From positions 2,610,001 through 2,642,000 of the forward strand of contig NC_007614.1 of NCBI RefSeq assembly GCF_000196355.1: a DNA stretch of 32,000 nt. The letters are read 5' to 3'. The stretch's first letter is position 1. Every line of letters starts with the position of its first letter. The translations under genes were made by a program, and so were the position numbers. The notes below the pieces were generated by a model. The model had not been told where the DNA came from. It saw only the letters and a list, made by a program, of their open reading frames with translations, and ran no database searches. Below are positions 1-9,511 of this stretch, piece after piece. The stretch comes from Nitrosospira multiformis ATCC 25196. GTDB taxonomy: Bacteria > Pseudomonadota > Gammaproteobacteria > Burkholderiales > Nitrosomonadaceae.

Positions 1-169
1 CGAGCGCTCCTATGAGCGCCCCCAGACCGAAGCAGACTGCGATCACAACGGCAAGCGATGCATCTGCACGCCAAAGCAAGAATATGACGCTTACCTCAAC
101 AGCGTTCTGAACCGCAAACGTGACAATGAGGAAAACGATGACGAGTGCTGCAATCAATTGCAATTGCAT
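1..169 (-). CDS. LapA-domain (DUF1049-like) small inner membrane protein, 3' end truncated by window edge
   Basis: Manual minus-strand translation from ATG at 169: MQLQLIAALVIVFLIVTFAVQNAVEVSVIFLLWRADASLAVVIAVCFGLGALIGAL. Shows the VQN motif and two hydrophobic helices typical of LapA, with an AAAGGAG Shine-Dalgarno upstream. Absent from the ORF track because the stop lies outside the window. Confidence 0.75.
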   Translation of the reverse strand, partial: MQLQLIAALVIVFLIVTFAVQNAVEVSVIFLLWRADASLAVVIAVCFGLGALIGAL

Positions 170-415
170 AACAACTCCTTTCCGGACACCCGTACCCGAA
201 TCGGGGAAAACTCCTTCGCCCCCGCAAGAAGCACGATATATCAAATACGAACGTGGAAGACCTGGCGGGCGATACCTGCTGGTTCCGGTTGTAAAAGGTG
301 ATGGAAAGAGAGCGTCCGAAGACTGGTCCGAACGCGATTCCGTACACTTGAATCAGCAAAAGGATGATTGAACAAAAGTGGCGCTATCCTCACGGCAAGC
401 AGGCCACTTCACTCG

Positions 416-1252
416 CTAACCGCGTATTTTACGGGTGAACCCGGTTTCCAGCCATTTCTTGATACGATTGGCATCGCCAATCCGGGAATTCTTTCCCCAG
501 GAATCGAGCAGCACGATTATGGTCGGCTTGCCTGTGATATTTGCATGCATCACCAGACAGCGCCCCGCCTCGCTGAGAAACCCTGTTTTGGATATCCCGA
601 TATCCCAACTGCTGCTCCTTACCAACCTGTTGGAATTGACGTAATTCAGGTTGCGGCTGCGTACCTTCCCCATGGATGCCACCTCGTGGGCAGCGGTCGT
701 GGAAAATACGCGGATGAGGCGGTACCCGTGTGCCGCCTTGACCATCTTTGCCAGATCGCGGGCGGTGGAGACATTACCGCTGTTCAAGCCGGTCGAGTCA
801 ACGAAATAGGTGCTGCCCATTCCCAACTGGAATGCCTTGCGGTTCATGGCTGCAACAAACGCATTCAGGCCGCCGGGATAGGTACGTCCCAGCGCTGCAG
901 CAGCGCGATTCTCCGAAGACATCAAGGCCAGCCGCAACAATTCTCCGCGGGTGAACTTCGTTCCTACCCTCAGGCGGGAACGGGTATACTTGATGACATC
1001 GACATCAGCCGAGTCGATGACTATTTCCTGGTTCAGCGGCAGTTTTGCATCGAGCACAACCATTGCGGTCATGAGTTTGGTAATCGAAGCAATCGGCATG
1101 ACACTGTCTGCGTTCTTGTGGAAAAGAACCTGTCCCCGCTGTGGATCCACAACCAGCGCCGAGTTGGACCGGAGAGACAAGTCGGCCGGTTTTGCAAAAG
1201 CGCCTCCCATAAACGCAAGCGTGGCACAAACTACCAATATGGCGTTCTTCAT
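416..1252 (-). CDS. pbpG: D-alanyl-D-alanine endopeptidase (penicillin-binding protein 7 family)
   Basis: Signal peptide; SxxK motif in PIASITKLMTAMVV; SEN motif in MSSENRAAAALGRTYPGG; KTG-type motif in GISKTGFLSEAGRC. Confidence 0.93.
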   Translation of the reverse strand: MKNAILVVCATLAFMGGAFAKPADLSLRSNSALVVDPQRGQVLFHKNADSVMPIASITKLMTAMVVLDAKLPLNQEIVIDSADVDVIKYTRSRLRVGTKFTRGELLRLALMSSENRAAAALGRTYPGGLNAFVAAMNRKAFQLGMGSTYFVDSTGLNSGNVSTARDLAKMVKAAHGYRLIRVFSTTAAHEVASMGKVRSRNLNYVNSNRLVRSSSWDIGISKTGFLSEAGRCLVMHANITGKPTIIVLLDSWGKNSRIGDANRIKKWLETGFTRKIRG

Positions 1253-1422
1253 TTGTCATTATCCAATGGAGTTGTCCGCCCTCCCTGCGGACTGGGCCTA
1301 CCGCCGATAAAGTACCAAATATCACGAGCTAGGGAAAGAGCTATGTTCAGGGGGGCGCACACGGAGAGAATTTTTCTAGGAGGAAAGCAAATGAGAATGG
1401 AGACTCGGTGAGGGACGGGGAC

Positions 1423-4400
1423 TTACTGCTCGGCGCAAATGCCGTTGCTCATTGACAGACGGTAGCCACCCATGAGCACTTTGGATGCGCCCTCGAGCGG
1501 CAAAGGCTGGGAAAAATAGTAGCCCTGCATTTCGTCGCATCCGTGCCTTATCAGAAACTCCAGTTGCGCCCTTGTTTCGACGCCTTCAGCCACTACTTTC
1601 AACCCGAGGCTGTGCGCGAGCTTGATCATGGCTACGGTAATGGTTGCATCGTCGGGATCCGTCGTGACATCGCGGATGAAAGCACGGTCGATCTTGAGTA
1701 CATCCAGAGGAAAGCGCTTGAGATAGGCAAGACTGGAATAGCCGGTACCAAAATCGTCCATCGATATCTGGACACCGAAGGCTTTCAGATTCTGCAAGGC
1801 GTTGGCGGCCATCTCGGCCTCCTTCATCAATACTGACTCCGTAAGCTCGAATTCCAGCAGACGCGGATCGATGTTCGTAGCCCTCAGCGTTTCCCCGATA
1901 ATGCTATCCAGATCCTGTTGCTGAAACTGCCGGGCTGACAGATTGATGGCGATGGGATGCAACACCAGCCCCTGGCCCTGCCATTCCCTGATCTGCTCAC
2001 AAACCGTTTTCACCACCCACTCGCCTACCGCTACGATCAATCCCGTATCCTCGAGGACGGAAATGAACTGCAGTGGAGGCACCAGTCCATGCGCGGGGTG
2101 CTGCCAGCGCAGGAGCGCCTCGAAACCGGTAATCTCTCCGTTGATCAGGCTTGCTTTGGGTTGGTAGTGAAGCACGAACTCGCGCCGTGCCAGAGCGCCG
2201 CGAAGTTGCGTCTCGATTTTCAGGCGAGCCACCGCGCGCTCATTCATCTGCGGAAGATAAAACTGATAAATCGCCGGTCCCTGCTCTTTTGCCTGGAACA
2301 TCGCTGTATCCGCATTTCTGAGCAGGCTGTCTGCATCGGTACCATCGCCGGGATAGATGCTGATTCCAAGGCTTGCAGAAACATAGATCTCCTGTGTTTC
2401 CAGCTCGAAGGGTACCTGGAGCGCCGAAATAACCTTTTCTGCAATTAAGGTTGCATCTTCAGGCTGTACGAGATCAGACAGAATCAGGGCAAATTCATCC
2501 CCTCCAAGGCGGGCAACCGTGTCGCATGAACGCACACACTGCTGCAGTCTCTTTGCGACATGGATCAGCAGCTCGTCACCGGTAGAATGGCCCATTGTGT
2601 CGTTGACGATCTTGAAGCGGTCCAGATCCGCAAATACCACGCCGACCCGGCGACGATTGCGATGGGCATGTTCCATCGCCTGGCGGAGACGATCAAGAAA
2701 AAGACTTCGATTAGGCAGTTCCGTCAGGGGATCAAACTGGGCCAGGTAGGTGAGGCGCTCCTCCGTTGTCTTGCGGTCAATTGCGGTTGCGAGAATATTC
2801 GCGAGACTCTGAAGAAAATTGATACTGCTGGACGTGAAGCGCTGTGGCTCGGGCGAATAGGCTCCAAGGATCCCATAAGGTCCCCCCGCCCCCGAAATAA
2901 GCACATCTGCGCAACTGCGTATATTATGGCTCTTCAGGATGCTGGAAGGCTTGAAACGGGTTTCCGTCTGGAAGTCCTCCACAATGACGGATTGATGGCT
3001 CGCGAGTACAAAGCGATTTTGACTGTTCTCGTATGTAAACGATATTTGCCTTCCAATCCAGTCTTTCTGCCAGCCGACCCCGGATTTAAGAACAAAAGAA
3101 CGGAAATCCGGCGCAAGCTGGAGCGCCTTGCAGAACTCGACATTGAGACCTTGAGAAGCAATCACCGCTGCCTGGCCCCACAACAGAGCAAGATTTCCGC
3201 TGGCGAGCGCCTGTTGCCCGAATGCGGCAATGAGTCCCTGCTGCATGGCATGCTCCTGGATTGCAAAGTCAGTTTGCTTCCGTTTGGTAATGTCGATAGC
3301 CGTCCCCACTATTCTCAGCTCATCTGGATTGGTGCTCCATTTCAACGCCTTGGCGATATGCAGATGGCGCACCGTCTTGTGTTCGCGCAAAATCCGGAAA
3401 TCGAGTTGAACGCGCCCATTCTCGGCGCTGACCCGTTCCAGATGCATCTCCTGCTGGGGCAAATCGTCCGGATGGGTATAGGATTTCCATATGTCATATG
3501 TGATGCGACTCCCTGGAGCAATCCCGTAGATCTCGTACATCCGGTCATTCCAGATCATTTCATTGGTCGCAGTATTCCACTCCCAGATACCGATGGCGGC
3601 TGCTTCCGTGGCAAGAGCAAGTCGTGTCCTCTCTTCCAGCAAGACGCGCTCCCTTCTGTTCGATTCTGCCCGCAGCCAGACATTTTCTATGACAGTCGGC
3701 AATCGCTGGAGGTAGCCTGCGGTCTTCACCACGTAATCGGCAGCACCCAGTTTCAGCGACTGCCGGGCGATCTCCTCATCCTCGCTCCCGATAAAGAGAA
3801 TGATGGGCAGATCAAGCCCTCGTACCTGGCAAAGCTCCTTCAGAACGTCCGTCGCCGAGGCGCCGGGCAAGCGGTAATCGAGCAGCAACACGTCAACGTC
3901 GGTCTTTCTATCCTGTTCAGCAAGATAGGAAAAAACCTCCTCAGCTGACTGAACAGATTCGATTCGAAGGTGTGGCGCAGTGGAAGCCAGTGCCTGTTTC
4001 ATCGTTTCGGCGTCATGCGGATTAGGCTCGACGTATAAAACCTGGAGTACCGTGGCGCGGCGGTAAGTTTCTGTCTGGAACTTGTCGAGCGTCGCCCGAA
4101 GCACGAGTCCAAGAGTTTCGAGAAAGCGCCCGTGCTTTATGACGTAATCGTCAGCTCCTGCTCGAAGTAACGAGAGGATGGCTTCTTCTCTGCTGGAACC
4201 GGTAAGAACCACGACTGGAAGCGGCAGATGTCGTCTGCGAATCTGAGCCAGCAACGTTTCCCCACTTCCGTCCGGAAGGTTGAGGTCCGTCAGGACGATA
4301 TCGTAGCGAGTAGAGACTGCCGGTTTGGCGATTGGAATACCGAGGCTGGTTCCATAGAGATCCTGGAATCTTTCCACGCGATGCAAAGCTTCCGCCAGCG

Positions 4401-4500
4401 AACTGACGATATCGAGCTGAATGTCGGGCGCGCGTTTTTTCAGCTCCAATCGCACCAGATCGGCATCCAGCGCATTATCCTCAAGGTACAGCACTCTCAT
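1423..4500 (-). CDS. Tandem-receiver PAS-GAF-GGDEF-EAL protein (diguanylate cyclase/phosphodiesterase)
   Basis: Two receiver-like domains (VLTDLNLPDGSG; VLLLDYRLPGAS), PAS/PAC region, GAF-like region, GGDEF (VARLGGDEFALILS), EAL (GFEALLRWQHP, ELTESVLM, DDFGTGYSSLAYLKRFPLDVLKID). Confidence 0.93.
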   Translation of the reverse strand: MRVLYLEDNALDADLVRLELKKRAPDIQLDIVSSLAEALHRVERFQDLYGTSLGIPIAKPAVSTRYDIVLTDLNLPDGSGETLLAQIRRRHLPLPVVVLTGSSREEAILSLLRAGADDYVIKHGRFLETLGLVLRATLDKFQTETYRRATVLQVLYVEPNPHDAETMKQALASTAPHLRIESVQSAEEVFSYLAEQDRKTDVDVLLLDYRLPGASATDVLKELCQVRGLDLPIILFIGSEDEEIARQSLKLGAADYVVKTAGYLQRLPTVIENVWLRAESNRRERVLLEERTRLALATEAAAIGIWEWNTATNEMIWNDRMYEIYGIAPGSRITYDIWKSYTHPDDLPQQEMHLERVSAENGRVQLDFRILREHKTVRHLHIAKALKWSTNPDELRIVGTAIDITKRKQTDFAIQEHAMQQGLIAAFGQQALASGNLALLWGQAAVIASQGLNVEFCKALQLAPDFRSFVLKSGVGWQKDWIGRQISFTYENSQNRFVLASHQSVIVEDFQTETRFKPSSILKSHNIRSCADVLISGAGGPYGILGAYSPEPQRFTSSSINFLQSLANILATAIDRKTTEERLTYLAQFDPLTELPNRSLFLDRLRQAMEHAHRNRRRVGVVFADLDRFKIVNDTMGHSTGDELLIHVAKRLQQCVRSCDTVARLGGDEFALILSDLVQPEDATLIAEKVISALQVPFELETQEIYVSASLGISIYPGDGTDADSLLRNADTAMFQAKEQGPAIYQFYLPQMNERAVARLKIETQLRGALARREFVLHYQPKASLINGEITGFEALLRWQHPAHGLVPPLQFISVLEDTGLIVAVGEWVVKTVCEQIREWQGQGLVLHPIAINLSARQFQQQDLDSIIGETLRATNIDPRLLEFELTESVLMKEAEMAANALQNLKAFGVQISMDDFGTGYSSLAYLKRFPLDVLKIDRAFIRDVTTDPDDATITVAMIKLAHSLGLKVVAEGVETRAQLEFLIRHGCDEMQGYYFSQPLPLEGASKVLMGGYRLSMSNGICAEQ

Positions 4501-4631
4501 CGGGAAACCTTTAAATGATCTCCCCGAAGGCCGGAAAAGGCTCTCGAGGACTTCGGTTTCCTATCGTATCCTCGCACCCTTCGGGGTATTGCCCGAGCCC
4601 TGCGCGACCTCGCATCCTGCATGAAACTCAT

Positions 4632-5072
4632 TCAGAAACCTCTAATCCTTGCAGAACAATGGGTATTAAGAACAGTCCAGTAGAGCTCGATCTGCCGGGC
4701 CACATCGATGAATTTTTCGAAGTCCACCGGCTTTACGATGTAGGAGTTCGCCCCGAGCAGATAGGCTTCATGAACGTCGGCATCTTCGGAAGAAGACGTA
4801 AGCACCACCACCGGAACGGTTCCAAGCAAGGAATGCTCCCGTATGGTTCGCAGGACTTCCAGTCCGTTTACCTTGGGTAGTTTGAGGTCTAGCAGTACAA
4901 CCGAAGGCGGGAGATCGCCCGTTCTCCAGCTGGAAAGAAAATCGAGCGCTTCCTGACCATCCCGCAACACTTCGAGTGGATTGGTCAGGTTGTGCCGCAC
5001 AAAAGCACGCCGCGTGAGATCGACATCCATCGGGTTGTCTTCAATAAGCAGAATCGGCAACGCAGTGTTCAT
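4632..5072 (-). CDS. Single-domain response regulator, Rcp1-like
   Basis: ILLIEDNPMDVDLTRRAF, VVLLDLKLPKVNGLEVL, VVVLTSSSEDADV, SYIVKPVDFEKF; receiver domain only. Confidence 0.92.
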   Translation of the reverse strand: MNTALPILLIEDNPMDVDLTRRAFVRHNLTNPLEVLRDGQEALDFLSSWRTGDLPPSVVLLDLKLPKVNGLEVLRTIREHSLLGTVPVVVLTSSSEDADVHEAYLLGANSYIVKPVDFEKFIDVARQIELYWTVLNTHCSARIRGF

Positions 5073-5084
5073 GAAAACACACCC

Positions 5085-7097
5085 CTATAAGGCCTGTTCC
5101 TGCAACTGCTCGAATGGCATAAGGCCAGACAGTGGCAGTTGCAGGTAAAAGACAGCACCGGCACCTACCTGGCTTTCCGCCCACACCCGTCCTCCCATAC
5201 GCTCCATCGCTTTTTGCACCATTGCAAGCCCGATGCCCGTCCCCGGATATTCCTCGGCCCGTTGCAAGCGCTGGAATATCTCAAAAATTTTGTCGTAAAA
5301 ACGCATATCGAATCCAATACCGTTGTCGCGCACGCAAAGAATGCAATTGCTATCCGAAGTCCAGGCACGGATTTCGATGGTGGGCTCTGGAGCATGGATG
5401 GAGAACTTGACAGCGTTATCGACCAGGTTGCGTAGAGCGATCGCAAGACCATCGGGATCAGCGCGAACGTGGAAATCATCCATACTGACAGTGAGGCGCA
5501 CGTTCTGCAGATTATCCCCAAACTGGGCCAACACCTTTGATACGAAAGCGGGAAGCCTGATGACCATCGAAGACAGTTTTCGCCGCTCAAGTTTCGAGTA
5601 GGAGAGCAGATCTTCGATTAAATCCGTCATATGCTTGGTGGCTGAACGGACATTTGTCAGAAAACTGCGACCTTCCTCGTCGAGGCGTTCGTAGTAGTTT
5701 TCCAGCAACAGCCGGCTGTACCCGGCTATCCCACGCAGGGGCGCCCTCAGATCATGCGATACCGAATAACAGAAATTTTCCAGTTCCTTGCTCTTGGCAA
5801 GAAGCTGGGCAGTACGCTCATTCACCTTGTATTCAAGATTAACCTTGGCGTCACGCAAGGCTTCCTCCGCCTGTTTGCGCTCGGTGATATCCTTAATGGT
5901 AAGAAAAGCCAGCCCTTTACTGTTCTCGTAGCGCAAAACCGTTCCGGAATAACTGAAGATTCTCAACCACTCTTTATCCAGCCGCCTGATGCGCAGTTCC
6001 AGATCATGCAGGTGTTCGCCCCGGAGAATACGCGTCAAAGGCCATTGATCTATAGGCACGACGTTGCCCTCGGTTGTCGATAACTCATAGATCCGGGCAA
6101 AATTATGAAGACTGCCAAAAACTTCTTCCGCATTCTCGATCTCATGCATTCGCAAAGCGGCAGGATTCCAGCGGAGAAGATTACGATTGAAATCGGAGAT
6201 GATAAGCCCCTCGCTCATATGCTCCATCACCACCTGAAGCCGCTTTTCTGTCTCACGCTGCGCCTCTTCCCGGAGTCTCTGATCGTGGACGTCGGTATTG
6301 GTCCCGAACCACTGCACAACCTGACCGTCCTCGTTTCTTAACGGCTCGGCGCGGGTCAGAAATACCCGGAGTTCCCCGTCTGCACCCCGCAGTGGAATTT
6401 CCATATCGAGCGGCTGCTCAGCAGCAGTAGCTTCGCTCCAACGTTTTATTACCTCCGGCAGCAGCTGGGGATCATGAACCTTTTGCCAGCCCCAGCCCAT
6501 CATCTCTTCGGGAGTGGTGCCGGTATAGTCGTACCAGCGCTGGTTGTACCAGGATCTGGAGCCGTCCGTCTCCCCTATCCATGCAAGCTGCGGGATAGTA
6601 TTGACCATTGTCCGGAAGCGCGCCTCATTTGCACGCAACTTCGCCTCTGCGCGGCGGCGGGCGGTGAGATCGAACGCCATTACAAGAAATTGCACTTGCT
6701 CGGGGCGGGTGGACAGCTCCAGGTGAACCTCGACCGGATAATGCGTACCGTCCGCGCGCAGATGGGTCGCCTCGAACACCAGGATTTCTTTCCCACCCTT
6801 CATGAGTGGATCAATCAAAGCCCGGAACGATGTCTCGTCGAACTCGCGTTCGACTTCCAGCAGCGTCATCTTTTGCAGCGAATCCATGCTGTAGCCAAGA
6901 TTGCGCCGGGCTCCCCGGCTGGCGTACTCGAAATGCAGTGTCTGAGCATTCAGCAGATAAATTTCGTTCAGACTCTGATCGAGAATTTCTGCAATCGGGG
7001 TACGAACATTCTCCACAGTGGTAAGACGGGTCATATCGCGAGCGTTCTCAGAAGCGCACGCAACACTCCCTGTGTAGTTTTGGTTTAGGGATATCAT
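5085..7097 (-). CDS. Multi-PAS sensor histidine kinase
   Basis: PAS/PAC repeats (NTIPQLAWIGETDGSRSWYNQRWYDYTG...); HisKA FCYSVSHDLRAPLRGIAGYSRLL; HATPase NLVDNAVKFS, VRDNGIGFD, GTGIGLAMVQK. True start may be internal (e.g. MTRLTTVENV). Confidence 0.93.
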   Translation of the reverse strand: MISLNQNYTGSVACASENARDMTRLTTVENVRTPIAEILDQSLNEIYLLNAQTLHFEYASRGARRNLGYSMDSLQKMTLLEVEREFDETSFRALIDPLMKGGKEILVFEATHLRADGTHYPVEVHLELSTRPEQVQFLVMAFDLTARRRAEAKLRANEARFRTMVNTIPQLAWIGETDGSRSWYNQRWYDYTGTTPEEMMGWGWQKVHDPQLLPEVIKRWSEATAAEQPLDMEIPLRGADGELRVFLTRAEPLRNEDGQVVQWFGTNTDVHDQRLREEAQRETEKRLQVVMEHMSEGLIISDFNRNLLRWNPAALRMHEIENAEEVFGSLHNFARIYELSTTEGNVVPIDQWPLTRILRGEHLHDLELRIRRLDKEWLRIFSYSGTVLRYENSKGLAFLTIKDITERKQAEEALRDAKVNLEYKVNERTAQLLAKSKELENFCYSVSHDLRAPLRGIAGYSRLLLENYYERLDEEGRSFLTNVRSATKHMTDLIEDLLSYSKLERRKLSSMVIRLPAFVSKVLAQFGDNLQNVRLTVSMDDFHVRADPDGLAIALRNLVDNAVKFSIHAPEPTIEIRAWTSDSNCILCVRDNGIGFDMRFYDKIFEIFQRLQRAEEYPGTGIGLAMVQKAMERMGGRVWAESQVGAGAVFYLQLPLSGLMPFEQLQEQAL

Positions 7098-7487
7098 TAC
7101 GGAAAAACCTGATGCTCTTTTGCAAGAACGATTCGACTCGGAAAAAACTTGGAAAAAACAGAGCTATGAAACCCTAAAACGGGCCGGGTGAATAGCTGTA
7201 AGATTTTACAGGTGGCAGGATGAAAATTAGGCTTCAGTGTTTGATCGAAACTTTCCGCAGACTGAAAAGGACAGGAGGGTAAACAGCCCTGATCTGTAAA
7301 TTTCCCCTATTCGTGAAAAAGGGAAGCGCATCTTTTTGAACCCTGCCCCACCGCGCTCACCGCATCATAAACATGTACCTGGTGGATGGAGCGCGTCTCC
7401 CCAGCTGCAGGAAATTGCAAGGCCTGGAGAAACAGTTGTCGATAATTTAATCAACATGGGACTTGTCGTCCCCGCTCGGAGATAAAC

Positions 7488-8135
7488 ATGCAGGAACTGA
7501 ATGCAACCTGGACCGCGCTGAAACTCGGCGGCTTTACCGTTTTGCCGCTGTCATTGCTGGCGGTGATCGCATTGGCGATCATGCTTGAAAAAGCGTTCAT
7601 CTATTGGAAGTTTGCCCGCCTGTCTCACGACCTGCTGAATCTGGTTGAGACTTACGGCTTTGCATGGGCCGATCTGGAAAAAATACTCTCCGGATTGGAT
7701 GATCGCCACTACTACAAGCGCTTCTTCGAGGTTGTGATCAGTAACAGGCACCATCCGTCCTGGTGGACGGAATCGCGCGCGGCAGACGAAGCCCAGTTAA
7801 TCGAGACATCGCTGGGACGCCGGTTGTGGGTATTGGAAACAATCGTCACCGCGGCGCCCCTGCTCGGGCTTGTCGGGACCGTTATCGGCATGATGCGCGC
7901 TTTCCAGGTCATTGGCGGCGAAGGGGTGGTTAACCCGACGGCCGTGACCGGAGGAGTAGCCGAAGCGCTTATCGCCACCGTCGTTGGCCTCCTGATTGCG
8001 CTGATTGCGCTCTTCGGCTTCAATTACTTCTCCCGCCTTCAATCCCAAACGATGGATGAGATGGAACGACTGGGCACGCGCCTCATCGATCATATTCGCC
8101 TGGATCAGGAGGAGAGCGGTCATGAAGCGGCGTAA
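7488..8135 (+). CDS. MotA/TolQ/ExbB proton channel family protein
   Basis: Characteristic block LETIVTAAPLLGLVGTVIGMMRAFQVIG...GGVAEALIATVVGLLIALIALFGFNYF; followed by an ExbD-like gene. Confidence 0.93.
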   Translation: MQELNATWTALKLGGFTVLPLSLLAVIALAIMLEKAFIYWKFARLSHDLLNLVETYGFAWADLEKILSGLDDRHYYKRFFEVVISNRHHPSWWTESRAADEAQLIETSLGRRLWVLETIVTAAPLLGLVGTVIGMMRAFQVIGGEGVVNPTAVTGGVAEALIATVVGLLIALIALFGFNYFSRLQSQTMDEMERLGTRLIDHIRLDQEESGHEAA

Positions 8136-8523
8136 ACCCAGGGAATACCGCAGGGGGCGCATCGAAATCATCCCGATGATCGACGTGATGTTTTTCCTGC
8201 TTGCCACATTCATGCTATCGTCATTATCGATGCAGAATCTCGATTCCCTGCAGGTGAATCTGCCGCAAGGCGAGGCCGAGAAACTCAGCGCCAAAACACC
8301 GGTTACCCTGACCTTGACGAGCGACAGCAAAATCTTTGTCAACCGCACGCCCGTGACCCTGGAGACGCTGGGAGACACTCTCAAACCACTGCTGCGCGCT
8401 TCCGAACAGAAAGTGGTGGTATCGGCAGACAGCGACGCACCGCAAGGGATTGTCGTGCAGGCGATGCTGCGTGCTCGTAGTGCGGGCGCGCAGCACTTTC
8501 TGATCGCCGTCAAACACGAGTAA
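8122..8523 (+). CDS. ExbD/TolR family protein
   Basis: MKRRKPREYRRGRIEIIPMIDVMFFLLATFML has the ExbD/TolR 'IPMIDVMFFLL' signature. Start placed at the ATG at 8122 (14-nt overlap with the upstream gene) rather than the 8005 start in the ORF track. Confidence 0.92.
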   Translation: MKRRKPREYRRGRIEIIPMIDVMFFLLATFMLSSLSMQNLDSLQVNLPQGEAEKLSAKTPVTLTLTSDSKIFVNRTPVTLETLGDTLKPLLRASEQKVVVSADSDAPQGIVVQAMLRARSAGAQHFLIAVKHE

Positions 8524-8533
8524 TCCCGAACAC

Positions 8534-9397
8534 ATGCTCAAGTCCGGATCGAGGGAAATCCGCATCTGGTGGCCCCTGCCGCTGGCATCCGTCCTCTGGA
8601 TGCTCATCATCTGGGCGTTCGGGTTCTTTCTCACCGCGCCCGAGGTGGAGGTCAAGGGGCCACCCGCAATCCAGGCCAGCTTCGTGGAATTGGCTGAAGA
8701 AACACCGGAACAGAAGGTGGCACCGGCTGCGCCACCCAGTCCGAAGGCACCCCCTGCACCCAAACCTCCCCCTAAGCCTCGGCCTCAATCGCGGCTGGGA
8801 GAAGGAGGAACCAAGCAGCCGAAACCCAAACAGGAAAAAGCAATGGAAAACCGTGAGGGCAGCAAGGAACGCCCGCCGGTTCAGAAAACTGTTCCACAGC
8901 CTTCTCCAGAGGCTGAACGCCCTAAAGACCTGCTGGCGTATATGAATGAGACACGGGAGCGGCGCCGCGCAGGCGGAATTTTCGAGGATGAACCTGCTGA
9001 ACCGGAGGCGGTCGAGCGCGAGCCTTCTGAAGAAGAACTGCGCATGGCCAACGTGATGCGCAACCTCAAGGAGCCTGGCGCAAGCGGGATATTCCAGATC
9101 ATCAGGATGGGACCGCGCACGGCACAGTTTCTGTTCCGTGCCTGGAAGAAGGATAGCAGCGTTCCCCGCCGGGAGTTGGTGGAAGTCGATGCCGGACCGG
9201 GTGGCGATATCCAACGGGCCGTCGTTCGAAAAATGATCGACCTGATCCGGCAATACCACAAAGGGGATTTCAACTGGGAATCTTACCGCCTCGACCGTGT
9301 GGTCGTCCTCTCCGCCCGGCCGGAAGACAGCAAGGGCCTCGAGGATTTCCTGATACGCGAGTTTTTTGGAGAGGAGGCTGCGCCGCTACGGCGATGA
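8534..9397 (+). CDS. Proline-rich, single N-terminal TM protein in the TonB position of an ExbBD operon
   Basis: N-terminal TM anchor (WWPLPLASVLWMLIIWAFGFFLTAP), Pro/Lys-rich linker (PPSPKAPPAPKPPPKPRPQ), then a charged C-terminal domain; immediately downstream of ExbD with a 10-nt gap. Confidence 0.8.
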   Translation: MLKSGSREIRIWWPLPLASVLWMLIIWAFGFFLTAPEVEVKGPPAIQASFVELAEETPEQKVAPAAPPSPKAPPAPKPPPKPRPQSRLGEGGTKQPKPKQEKAMENREGSKERPPVQKTVPQPSPEAERPKDLLAYMNETRERRRAGGIFEDEPAEPEAVEREPSEEELRMANVMRNLKEPGASGIFQIIRMGPRTAQFLFRAWKKDSSVPRRELVEVDAGPGGDIQRAVVRKMIDLIRQYHKGDFNWESYRLDRVVVLSARPEDSKGLEDFLIREFFGEEAAPLRR

Positions 9398-9511
9398 AGA
9401 TCGCCTGGCGAAGCTATTCGCTCTCTCATGTACTACATTACGTGGAAGCAAGGGGCGGGGCAAGCCTGCCCTACACCGGTGATATCGGAAGGTGGGGGGA
9501 AGGACGTTGTC

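Noticed and set aside
368-1411. Long plus-strand ORF (347 aa) antisense to pbpG
   Set aside because: Shadow ORF on the opposite strand of a clear PBP7-family coding sequence; low-complexity, no family features.
2560-3948. 462-aa plus-strand ORF antisense to the GGDEF-EAL gene
   Set aside because: Mirror frame of a strongly supported multidomain gene; explained by high-GC codon bias.
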